A stretch of 64,000 nt of DNA from Thalassobaculaceae bacterium (GTDB taxonomy: Bacteria; Pseudomonadota; Alphaproteobacteria; Thalassobaculales; Thalassobaculaceae), in the NCBI GenBank assembly GCA_965228875.1, contig OZ245843.1, forward strand, positions 2,028,616 through 2,092,615, written 5' to 3'. Below the pieces are notes generated by a model that searched no databases, had not been told where the DNA came from, and worked only from the letters and a program-made list of their open reading frames with translations. Positions 42,569 through 50,783 of the stretch are shown piece by piece (position 1 is the stretch's first letter; each line of letters opens with the position of its first letter). The position numbers and the translations under genes were made by a program.

Positions 42569-43555
42569 ATGACAAAGGCGGTGACGCGAATGACGGGGCG
42601 GATGATAGCGCTGGCGATCGTCGGCAGTCTGCTGATCTCCTGCGCCTCGGCGGCGACCGGCCTTCGGGCTGGTGAACTGACGCCCGGCCGGGGACTGGAA
42701 GCTGGCCCGCTGACGGTGCTGGTCATGGGAGAGGACGGACACCGTAATCTGGTGCCGCGCGACGACCCCGCCTTTCGCCGCGTCGTCGCCACCCTGCAGG
42801 AACTCCTCGACCGCCGAGGGTTCAGGGTCGTCGACGAGGAGGCGATCGCCGCCGATCTTGCCTGGGACTCGACCGTCGGTCGGGACAAGATCGACGTGCT
42901 CGAAGTCGCTAAGCTCGCCAATGCGAGCGGGCGGGCGTCGAGCCGGGTGCAGGCGGCGGCGCTGTTCCGCATCGAGGGCGCCTATCGCGACCTGCGATAC
43001 GCGACGCGGATCGATCTCCGGCTGTCCGGCGAACTCTACGACGTCCGCAGCAACCGGTTCCTCGGCGCCTTCGAGGTGCCAGCGGAGTCCGTGACCGCCC
43101 CGGGGCGCTGCCTCTCGGCCGCCTGCGCGTCTCACGCGGTCGGCGAGCGCGCAGGCGATCTGGCGGTCGAGTTGGGCGCCGTGCTCGCCCGCAGACTGGC
43201 AGCCCTGGCCCCGCCCGAGGAGACGGTCACGGATGGCGCGCGGACGTTCGAGTCCGTCTATACGGTCACCTTCCGACACCTCTCCACCGAAGACGCCCTG
43301 TCCATTATCGACGTCATGACCGACGGCTTTCCCGGATACCGCAGCCACGATCTTCTGCGAAGCGGTACCGCCCTGAGACGCTACACCTATGCCACGACCG
43401 CCGGCGCGAACGAGATTGAGCGTTGGCTTACCCTGTTGCTGCTCGACATGGGGCTCGACCCGCAGCGCGAGATCCTGCTGGCGGTCCGCGACGGCGACAT
43501 CCGCATCGAGCGGGTTCTGCCGGCCGCTCCGGCGTCTCAGGCGGCCCGTCCCTGA
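42569..43555 (+). CDS. Exported or lipoprotein hypothetical (CsgG/TolB-N-like alpha/beta domain)
   Basis: GGAGG RBS; signal with possible lipobox LISC; LQELLDRRGFRVVDEEAI; LYDVRSNRFLG. Confidence 0.7.
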   Translation: MTKAVTRMTGRMIALAIVGSLLISCASAATGLRAGELTPGRGLEAGPLTVLVMGEDGHRNLVPRDDPAFRRVVATLQELLDRRGFRVVDEEAIAADLAWDSTVGRDKIDVLEVAKLANASGRASSRVQAAALFRIEGAYRDLRYATRIDLRLSGELYDVRSNRFLGAFEVPAESVTAPGRCLSAACASHAVGERAGDLAVELGAVLARRLAALAPPEETVTDGARTFESVYTVTFRHLSTEDALSIIDVMTDGFPGYRSHDLLRSGTALRRYTYATTAGANEIERWLTLLLLDMGLDPQREILLAVRDGDIRIERVLPAAPASQAARP

Positions 43556-43617
43556 AAGAGTTCCGCCCCGGGACACTTCCGGCCCGGGAAAATTCCGGTC
43601 CTCCGGCGATCGATGAC

Positions 43618-43642
43618 GGAAACCGGGCCTCGCCCTTCCATG
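43618..43642 (+). promoter_or_regulatory. Repeated promoter-like motif, copy 2
   Basis: GGAAACCGGGCCTCGCCCTTCCATG, 31 bp before ATG 43674. Confidence 0.6.
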
Positions 43643-43673
43643 ACCGCAGGAAGACGGCAGAAGGGGCAGGGCA

Positions 43674-44084
43674 ATGGACGACGGTGCGACCACGGGAGCG
43701 ATGACGGAGATCGCGCTGGCCTTGGCCATGGCGTTCTTTTGCATCCTCGTTCTGGCCCTGGTGTCCATGGGCAACCCGCACGCCTCGGTCGACCCGGCAC
43801 TCTCCGCCGAGCGCGTTGAGACTGCCGGTCCCGGGACGCCGCCGCGTCCCCTCGAGGACGACGAGCGCCTGATCCTGTTCCACGCCGACCGGTACCTGGC
43901 GCCGGACGGGAGCTCTGTCGACCCGGCTTCGCTTGCCGGCGAACGGGTCGTGCTCGCCGTCGATCCAAACCTGCCGCTCGCCCGGATCCTCGCCGGCAGG
44001 TCGGCAATCCCCGGCAGTCAGGTCCGGATCACGCCTCTCGATTCCGCCTGGATCGATCATCTCGCCGCAGGAGGTCCCCAATGA
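43674..44084 (+). CDS. ExbD/TolR-like single-TM protein
   Basis: MTEIALALAMAFFCILVLAL TM with an acidic residue; C-terminal VVLAVDPNLPLARI resembles the ExbD periplasmic domain. Confidence 0.65.
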   Translation: MDDGATTGAMTEIALALAMAFFCILVLALVSMGNPHASVDPALSAERVETAGPGTPPRPLEDDERLILFHADRYLAPDGSSVDPASLAGERVVLAVDPNLPLARILAGRSAIPGSQVRITPLDSAWIDHLAAGGPQ

Positions 44085-44878
44085 GACTGCCGATGAGACT
44101 CCCGACAAGACTGCCGACATCCACCGTCCTGCCACTCCTGACTGTCCTCGTCCTGACCCTGGCGGTCCCACCGTCGGAGGCCGCCCGCCCGGCGTCGGAG
44201 GGCACCGCGACGCGGTCGGAGGTGCGTCGCATGGTGGTCCAGGAAGCGTTGCGCAGCGACCGGGTCCCACCCTCCCTCGCGCTGGCCGTCGCCGAGGCGG
44301 AATCGGACTTCGTCGCCGACGCGCTCAGCCCGGCCGGCGCACGCGGGGTGATGCAGATCATGCCGGCGACCGCACGCGGCGAGTTCGGTGTCACCGCCGA
44401 CAGGCTCTGGAACCCGCGCCTCAACATCCAGCTCGGCGTGGCTTTCCTGGACCAACTGATCCGGCGCTACGACGGGCGCTGGGACCTGGCCCTGTCCCAC
44501 TACAACGGGGGCTCCCGCGTCGGTATGGGAGCGGCGGCGCGGGTGATCCCGGCAACCCGCCCCTACGTCGACAAGGTGCTCTCGGTGGAACGGCGCTATG
44601 CCCGCGACGACGCCGCCGTGGCGTTGATCGCGGCCGCCCGCGACGCCAATGCCGATCTCGCCGCGCGGGCCGAACGCCAGGAGGCCGTCGCCGGGGTCGA
44701 GAGGCGGACCGACGACCGGGTGGAACGTCGCCGCCACTTCATGACATTGGCCGACGCGGCACTGGACACCGCCCGCGCGCGTCACCGCAGCCGGGGCGAG
44801 AGGCTGGGTGCCTCGGAACTCCTGGACCGCATCGCCGCGCGCAAGGCCCGCTTTCGGGCGCTCCTGAGCGATGGCTGA
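44081..44878 (+). CDS. Lytic transglycosylase (SLT domain) with a helical C-terminal extension
   Basis: Signal peptide, AEAESDF, GARGVMQIMPATA, ALSHYNGG, TRPYVDKV; ATGA overlap. Confidence 0.93.
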   Translation: MRLPMRLPTRLPTSTVLPLLTVLVLTLAVPPSEAARPASEGTATRSEVRRMVVQEALRSDRVPPSLALAVAEAESDFVADALSPAGARGVMQIMPATARGEFGVTADRLWNPRLNIQLGVAFLDQLIRRYDGRWDLALSHYNGGSRVGMGAAARVIPATRPYVDKVLSVERRYARDDAAVALIAAARDANADLAARAERQEAVAGVERRTDDRVERRRHFMTLADAALDTARARHRSRGERLGASELLDRIAARKARFRALLSDG

Positions 44879-44958
44879 CACGGCGAGCAACCGGGACGTG
44901 CAAGATGACGCAACCTAATCTAGAGTTCCGACGCCCGATGGCTGGCCGGGACACGGCG

Positions 44959-46596
44959 ATGGACGGAATCTCGACGGAACGCGCGCTGCTTACCGGTGCG
45001 ATCAGCCCGCAACTGGACGCGGCGTTCCGGACCGTGGCCGATGCCGATCTCGGCGCCGGTCCCAAATACCCGCCGGCGACCGTCCGCGCCCTGGCCCGCA
45101 CGGTGGTGGCCCGCGCCTACGGCAAGCCGATGCTGGAACTCTGCCACCTGCTGCGGGTGGCGGATGCGGTCGGCGGCCGCCACGGGTGGCCGGCCCTGTT
45201 CTTCGGCGTCCAGGTCGCGCGCGGCGCGGCCTTCCGCGCCCAGATCCAGGAAGGCGCCCGACGATGCCCCGCCTTCGGCACGGATTTCACGCTCGGCGCC
45301 GAGAGCGTAACCGTCGTCTATCCCGACGCCCCGTTCTCCATCGGCTACACCCGGATGGGATTTCTGGCCGCGCTGCTGGAACTGATGGTGACCGCCCTCG
45401 GTTTCCGTGCGGTGGACACCGCGATCCGCGCCTGGCTCGACGACCGGTTCGAGAGCGGCAGCGCACCGCCGCACGCCAACGCGCTGTCGCGGATGTTCTA
45501 CGACCATCTCAAGGACCATCTCGCCACCGCGCAGAGTCTGCGGGTGTTCGCGCGCCTGATCGCCTTTCTCGAAGCCGACCGCGGTCGCGGCTTCACCCTG
45601 GACGACCTCGACGACCGGGCGGTGCTCGACTACTGGTGCCGGGCCGCCGAAGCGGACGGCGACGACGCGGCGGAGCTGCGCGGCTTCCGGGCAGTTACCG
45701 AGCGGGTCGGCCAGCTGCGCACGGCCCTGCAGGCCGCGTTCGAGCGCCACGCCGTAGACAGTGCCCGGCCGGTCGGTCCGGACCGCAGCCTTGGCGAGGT
45801 CGATCCGGACACCGTCCTCTCGGCCCTGGAGACCCATGACGCGGAGGCGGACGAGCTGCGCCGACTGGAGGCGGCGCCGGCGACCGCCGTGAAGTTCCTG
45901 ACCGGTCGGGAGGCCGGCGAGCTCGACCTGATCGCGCGCCTCGGCCCGCATGCGGTTCCCCTGGCGCTCTCGGTCCTGCGCTGCGCAACGTTCGGAAGCC
46001 TGCAGTCCCGGCTCAGCCAGGCGCTGCGCCGCCGCGCATCGCAGGAGGAGACCGCCCGGCTGATCGCTCTGGACGGCTGCGAAACCTACGAGCGACGCCT
46101 CGGCGCCTGGCACACCCTGGAAACGCGTCTCGACCGGATGGCGCTGGCCGCGCTGGCGGTGCTGATCGAGGCCGACCGCGCGGAAGCGGCGCTCGAGGTT
46201 CTGGCACGGTTGCCCCAGTCGGACCTGAGCGGCCTGCGGGCGCACCTGCCGAACGTCGAGGCGGGGAACGTGATCGCTCTGCGTCCGGGGGGCACGGCCG
46301 GCATGGTGGCGGCGCTCGCCGACCCGCGTGTCGTGGGCGGCAAGGTCGCCGGCCTGGTCGGCGACGCGCGGCAGGCCCTGCGCGGGTTGGCCCGGTCGGG
46401 CTTCTCGCCCGATGCCCGCAGAACCCCGGCGGTCGTCGACGGTATGGCGGCCGGCGCTCCTCTGGTCCGCCGGTTGCGCGCCCGGCTGGCGGCGGTCCGC
46501 ACCGCCGCGGAGCTGCGCCTGCCGGAGGACGGATTCGAGGCGGACGGGCATCGGTTCTCCACCGGGCTCGACGCCCTCTACGGGAGACGACCGTGA
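44959..46596 (+). CDS. Cytoplasmic hypothetical protein with an internal ECF-sigma-like (region 2/4) segment; alternative starts 44905 or 44938
   Basis: 545-aa coding-like ORF; DDLDDRAVLDYW...GFRAV and LTGRE...LG...LA...GSLQSRLSQALRRR; the sigma call is a by-eye alignment. Confidence 0.55.
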   Translation: MDGISTERALLTGAISPQLDAAFRTVADADLGAGPKYPPATVRALARTVVARAYGKPMLELCHLLRVADAVGGRHGWPALFFGVQVARGAAFRAQIQEGARRCPAFGTDFTLGAESVTVVYPDAPFSIGYTRMGFLAALLELMVTALGFRAVDTAIRAWLDDRFESGSAPPHANALSRMFYDHLKDHLATAQSLRVFARLIAFLEADRGRGFTLDDLDDRAVLDYWCRAAEADGDDAAELRGFRAVTERVGQLRTALQAAFERHAVDSARPVGPDRSLGEVDPDTVLSALETHDAEADELRRLEAAPATAVKFLTGREAGELDLIARLGPHAVPLALSVLRCATFGSLQSRLSQALRRRASQEETARLIALDGCETYERRLGAWHTLETRLDRMALAALAVLIEADRAEAALEVLARLPQSDLSGLRAHLPNVEAGNVIALRPGGTAGMVAALADPRVVGGKVAGLVGDARQALRGLARSGFSPDARRTPAVVDGMAAGAPLVRRLRARLAAVRTAAELRLPEDGFEADGHRFSTGLDALYGRRP

Positions 46597-47144
46597 CCGG
46601 CCGGTGGCAGGATCTCGACGGGACGCAGCGGGCGCTGGTTGCGGCAGTCTTCGCCGCGCTCGACGCCACGGAACAGTTGGACACCGTGCGACCGCGGGAC
46701 GACGACGCGGCACGGCCCCTCGTCTCCCCGTCTCCGTCGCTGATCTGGTCGTCGCTCATGAGCGGCCGGGAGCTGCCCGACGGAGTGCGGAACGATGACG
46801 ACCTGGAGGCGTTGCTCGCCCGGGCGGCCCGGGCGGTCTTCCCGACGGCCGCCGCGGCGGCGACCCCCGGAGCCGGGCTCGACCGACAGGTCGGGGACGT
46901 GCGCCTGCGGACCGTTCCTTCCCGGGCCGACGCCCGGCAGACTTATCTGATCCTCAGCGTCGCGCCGTCCTCCGCGCCGCAACCGCCGATGCCCGCCCGC
47001 CTGATCGTCGTCGCCGACGGCGGATCGCCCGTCGGGATCGATCTGCCCCCGCCGGTCGACGGCACGGTGCAGGTCCTGCTCGCGGATGACGCCGCCATCC
47101 TCGTTGCCTTGACGGCGCCGGACTCCCGCATTTACCTCGTGTGA
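46593..47144 (+). CDS. Cytoplasmic two-domain hypothetical protein with a poly-Ala linker (anti-sigma-like)
   Basis: GTGA overlap; helical N-terminus, FPTAAAAAT linker, beta-rich C-terminus. Confidence 0.55.
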   Translation: MTGRWQDLDGTQRALVAAVFAALDATEQLDTVRPRDDDAARPLVSPSPSLIWSSLMSGRELPDGVRNDDDLEALLARAARAVFPTAAAAATPGAGLDRQVGDVRLRTVPSRADARQTYLILSVAPSSAPQPPMPARLIVVADGGSPVGIDLPPPVDGTVQVLLADDAAILVALTAPDSRIYLV

Positions 47145-47183
47145 GGGTTGAACGGCGCGGGTTGAGCCGATGGATCGGGTTGC

Positions 47184-48377
47184 ATGAGAGGACGGCTTCG
47201 GGTGGTCGTCGCCACCACGGACGGGCCGAGCACGGTCCGGCGGATCACGCCGGAGGACCCGGCGCTGCGCTCCGTCGTCTGTCTCGCGGGCACCGCCGAA
47301 GCCTTACCGATCTCCACCGAATACGACGCCTTCGTGCGACGGCCCACCGGCGTGGTGGAACGGGACACCGGCCATGGGGTCTACCGTGTCGATGTCGACC
47401 GGCCGATCGATTCCGGTCGGAGCTGGCAGCTCGGCCTCTATCTCGCCCATCGCCTGAAAGCGGCGGATCGTCTCGCCGAGGACGACCAGCCGGCGGAGGC
47501 CATCGTCTGGGCCACGGGAACGGTCGACACCGATCTGAACATCGGCCCGGTCGAGCGGGTTGCCGACAAGGCCCGCCGCTCGGTCGACCTGATCCGTTCC
47601 GGGCCGCCAGTGCTGTCGGTCGCCGCTGCCGCCTGCGCCGACTCCCTCCCCGCCGGGAGCGAGGCCCTGGCCGCGGACCGGATGGAGACGGTGTTGCACC
47701 GTCTGCACCTGACGCCCCCAGCGACCGGCGCGCAAGGCGGCCGCCGGCGTTTGTCGGCAACCGTGCTTCTGGCCATCCTCCTGATCGGCACCGGAGCCGC
47801 GGCCTGGATCGCCCTGCGCCCCCCGGACCCAGCCGGGCCACCCGCCCGCGAGATGCTGCAGGGCGGCACCTCCATAGCCGGCACCGCCGCCGAAGCGCCG
47901 CTACCTTTCGATCCGCGCGACGTGGTCTTCGACGTGCTCGAGTCCCGTCCTCGAGACGGGGTTTGCGCTCCAGGCGCGACGGTCGATCCGGCAATTCCGT
48001 CGCCGCTCGGCGTCTGCGCCGTCGTCTTCCGCGCCCGGAACGCCGGGCGACGGCCGGCGCGGATCCGGCTCTACGGCGCCGTGCAGGGATCCGTGCGTGA
48101 ATACGCGTCCCGCCGCCGGCACAGCGAACTCGTCGACGCCTCACTGGCACCCGGGGAGAGCGCGACGGTGCGGGTGCAGCCGCCCGACTGGGTACGCCGG
48201 GCACTGGTCGTTCGAGGCCTGTTGGTGGTGACGCAGCGCGACAACCTCCAGGTCGACCGGGCCTTGACGTCGATCGACCTGTTGTCGGCGGGCGAACTCG
48301 ACGCCCTGGCCGGCAGCCTGCGCGACCTCGGCGCCGACGTGAGGGAGATTTTCCATCGGGTGACGCCGGCGCGCTGA
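47184..48377 (+). CDS. Membrane-anchored Lon-type (S16-like) protease domain with a C-terminal extracytoplasmic domain
   Basis: DSGRS80W...WAT111G...GPVERVADK129; TM at about residues 190-211; C-terminal Cys pair. Confidence 0.7.
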   Translation: MRGRLRVVVATTDGPSTVRRITPEDPALRSVVCLAGTAEALPISTEYDAFVRRPTGVVERDTGHGVYRVDVDRPIDSGRSWQLGLYLAHRLKAADRLAEDDQPAEAIVWATGTVDTDLNIGPVERVADKARRSVDLIRSGPPVLSVAAAACADSLPAGSEALAADRMETVLHRLHLTPPATGAQGGRRRLSATVLLAILLIGTGAAAWIALRPPDPAGPPAREMLQGGTSIAGTAAEAPLPFDPRDVVFDVLESRPRDGVCAPGATVDPAIPSPLGVCAVVFRARNAGRRPARIRLYGAVQGSVREYASRRRHSELVDASLAPGESATVRVQPPDWVRRALVVRGLLVVTQRDNLQVDRALTSIDLLSAGELDALAGSLRDLGADVREIFHRVTPAR

Positions 48378-48400
48378 AAATCCGCTCTCGCCCGTCCATG
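48375..48400 (+). promoter_or_regulatory. Repeated promoter-like motif, copy 3
   Basis: TGAAAATCCGCTCTCGCCCGTCCATG, 35 bp before ATG 48436. Confidence 0.55.
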
Positions 48401-48435
48401 GCCCGGTGGAGAACGTACCGCCGGAGACCCGAGCC

Positions 48436-48981
48436 ATGGCCCCATCCCCCATTCAGACCACCGTTTCCGCCGCCGCGGCCGCGCTCGGCCTGGCGGTCGC
48501 GCTATCGGCCTGCGTCGCCACCGCACCGCCGGTTGCCGAGGGCATCGGCTACCGTGAGGCGCGCTTCGCCGAGGTCGAAGCCATGCGCGCCTACCGTGCC
48601 TGCCGAGACGAGGGAATGGCGCTCGACCGTCAGGCCCGCGCCGGTGGCGAGGCCGGGCGGTTTCTCGCGGTCGCGCGGGTTCTCGAAGGCTGCGAGGCCG
48701 ATCTCGGGCCGGTGGCCGAGGCGCTGAACGTGGAGGAACGGATGCGGGCCTATGCCGTCGCCGTTCAGAGTCGTCTCAAGGGCGGCGACGTCGCCGCCGC
48801 ACGCCAGGGCCTGGAACGGTTCGACGCGGCCTTCCCCGGCCGCGACCTGTTCTTCGACGACGGGGCCTCGTTCATCGAGACGATGTCGGCCATTCTTGCC
48901 GGCGGGGTGTCGGCGGGTGCCGCCAACATTCCGAGGCCCCTGGCGGAGGATCTCGCCCGCATCGACCGGTGGAGCCGGTGA
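48436..48981 (+). CDS. Helical (TPR-like) lipoprotein
   Basis: GGAG RBS; lipobox LSAC; helical body with a further Cys pair. Confidence 0.75.
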   Translation: MAPSPIQTTVSAAAAALGLAVALSACVATAPPVAEGIGYREARFAEVEAMRAYRACRDEGMALDRQARAGGEAGRFLAVARVLEGCEADLGPVAEALNVEERMRAYAVAVQSRLKGGDVAAARQGLERFDAAFPGRDLFFDDGASFIETMSAILAGGVSAGAANIPRPLAEDLARIDRWSR

Positions 48982-49856
48982 TGCGGGCCCTCCGGTTCGC
49001 GGCGATGGCCACGGCGATCGTCTGCCTCGCCGGGCCGGCAACCGCCGAGGAGGCGCCGGCCCAGGCCCCGGTGTGGGCGCCCGTGGCGAGCGAGCGCCTC
49101 GTCCGCCTCCCGGCCGGCTACCTCGAGAAGGCGGTCGAGCGGGATTTCCGGGACTCGCCGCTGGCGGCGGCGATGGAAGAGCAAGCGAGCGCCCTCGAAG
49201 GAAGCGCCGCCTCCCTTGCCGAGTTGCAGGCAGCCGCGGAGAGCGCACGCGGCCCGATCCGCGACGATCTTCGGCATCAGTTTCTGGTCGCCAAGCAGGA
49301 CTACGTCTCGCTCATGGGCGCGCGTCAGGACCTGGACCGGCAGCGGGTCGATACGCGCCTGCGCCTCTACCGCCGGCTGCTGGCCCGGATCGAGCGTGCC
49401 GGCGACCCCGGCTCGGACCCCGCGCTTGCCGCCCTGGTCGAGCGGCGCACGGCCGCCCTGAAGCGCTTCGAAGGGACGGCGGGGGCGGTCGACATGAAGC
49501 TGTTCGCCGCCTCCGCCGCACAGGAGAGCCGCTATGCGCAGGAGTATCGGCGGCACGCGACGGCGGTCGAGGACCTGGTGCGCGCGATCGACGCCCATCC
49601 CATGAACGCCGCTCCCGTGGTCGACGGCCGCTCGGTCGGCAAGGCCGACTACCTGCGGCACCTGATCGCCGCGGCCGAGACCGACGCGGCGCTGCTCGAT
49701 CAGAAGGACCTTGTGCTCGCCTACATGGCCAAGCTGGTCGCACTCGACGCCATGGCCCTGGCCGACGAGGTCGACGGCGCGCGGGATCCGGAGGACGCCG
49801 GCGGCGACCTTCGGGACGTCACTGCCGCCGTCGAGTTCTTTACCGCTCCCAACTGA
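48981..49856 (+). CDS. Exported coiled-coil hypothetical protein
   Basis: TGATG coupling; signal peptide ending ATA; heptad-rich helical sequence. Confidence 0.75.
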   Translation: MRALRFAAMATAIVCLAGPATAEEAPAQAPVWAPVASERLVRLPAGYLEKAVERDFRDSPLAAAMEEQASALEGSAASLAELQAAAESARGPIRDDLRHQFLVAKQDYVSLMGARQDLDRQRVDTRLRLYRRLLARIERAGDPGSDPALAALVERRTAALKRFEGTAGAVDMKLFAASAAQESRYAQEYRRHATAVEDLVRAIDAHPMNAAPVVDGRSVGKADYLRHLIAAAETDAALLDQKDLVLAYMAKLVALDAMALADEVDGARDPEDAGGDLRDVTAAVEFFTAPN

Positions 49857-49872
49857 TCCGATGGAGGATGCG

Positions 49873-50259
49873 ATGCCGTCGAAGAGAGCCGTCCTGACCG
49901 TGGCCCTGACGCTGGCGATGTTCACGGGGCCGGCGGTCGCCGATCCGCTGGAGAGCATGGAGCGCGAGCGCGCACGGCTGATCACCACGCTGCTGGACCC
50001 GGACCGCGAAGCCCATGCCCGGCTTGCCGAGGCGGATACGATCCGGCGACGCCTGATCGACCTGGAACGCATCGCCCTGCGCGATCCGGCGACCGCGACC
50101 GATACCAGACCGATCGCGCGCCGGGCTTTCGACGATTACGACCTGACCTTCCTGGCCCATGCCTCGGTCGAGCGGGACATGGCGGTGCTCGACCTGTGGC
50201 TCGATCGCCTCGGTCTGTCGACCGGGCGGATCATGGCGGCCCGGGTGGGACGGCGGTGA
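49873..50259 (+). CDS. Exported small helical hypothetical protein
   Basis: GGAGG RBS; signal ending AVA; DPLESMERERARL, RRLIDLERIAL, YDLTFLAHAS. Confidence 0.75.
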   Translation: MPSKRAVLTVALTLAMFTGPAVADPLESMERERARLITTLLDPDREAHARLAEADTIRRRLIDLERIALRDPATATDTRPIARRAFDDYDLTFLAHASVERDMAVLDLWLDRLGLSTGRIMAARVGRR

Positions 50260-50783
50260 TGCGCGCCGCGACCGCGCCCCGCGTCGTTGCCCGGACGCTC
50301 GGCGACGCCTCGAGGGCGCTGGCGCTCCTGCTCGGCGCGGTGAGCGTCGGTCTGGCATCCGCCGCCTGGCTGACAGGCGAACCGGCGGGCGGACTGGCGA
50401 CCCGCGGTGCGACAGTGCTCGGACCGACCTTCATCGCCGGGATCGTCGGTCTCACCCTGCTGGCGCTGCACGCCGCCGTCAGACTGTGGCGCGATCCGCA
50501 CGACGCGCCCTGGCTCGCCGCCGGTCTGCAGGCGGCCTCCGGCATCGCCACACTGGCCCTGACCTTCACCCTGCTCGGCATCGGCCTCGGTATCGCCAGC
50601 CTCTCGGAGGCCCAGATCGGGCCGGACACGGTCAACGCGGTCATCGCCGAACTGACGGCCCGGTTCGCGCTGGCGTTCAGCACGACGGTAATCGGCCTTC
50701 CGCTGGCGGCGGTTCTCCGGGCCGTGCTGCTGGTTCTGGCGGCGCGCGGCGGCCGACAGGGCGGACCGGGAGACGAGCGATGA
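50259..50783 (+). CDS. Compact MotA/TolQ/ExbB-like proton-channel protein
   Basis: TM helices ATLALTFTLLGI and FALAFSTTVIGL resemble ExbB LGLLGTVxGM and ALxTTAxGL. Confidence 0.72.
   Translation: MRAATAPRVVARTLGDASRALALLLGAVSVGLASAAWLTGEPAGGLATRGATVLGPTFIAGIVGLTLLALHAAVRLWRDPHDAPWLAAGLQAASGIATLALTFTLLGIGLGIASLSEAQIGPDTVNAVIAELTARFALAFSTTVIGLPLAAVLRAVLLVLAARGGRQGGPGDER

Noticed and set aside
43933..44958. N-terminal 340 aa of the 887-aa ORF 43933-46596
   Set aside because: Overlaps the ExbD-like and SLT genes in another frame and reads as low-complexity off-frame; the real start is probably 44905-44959
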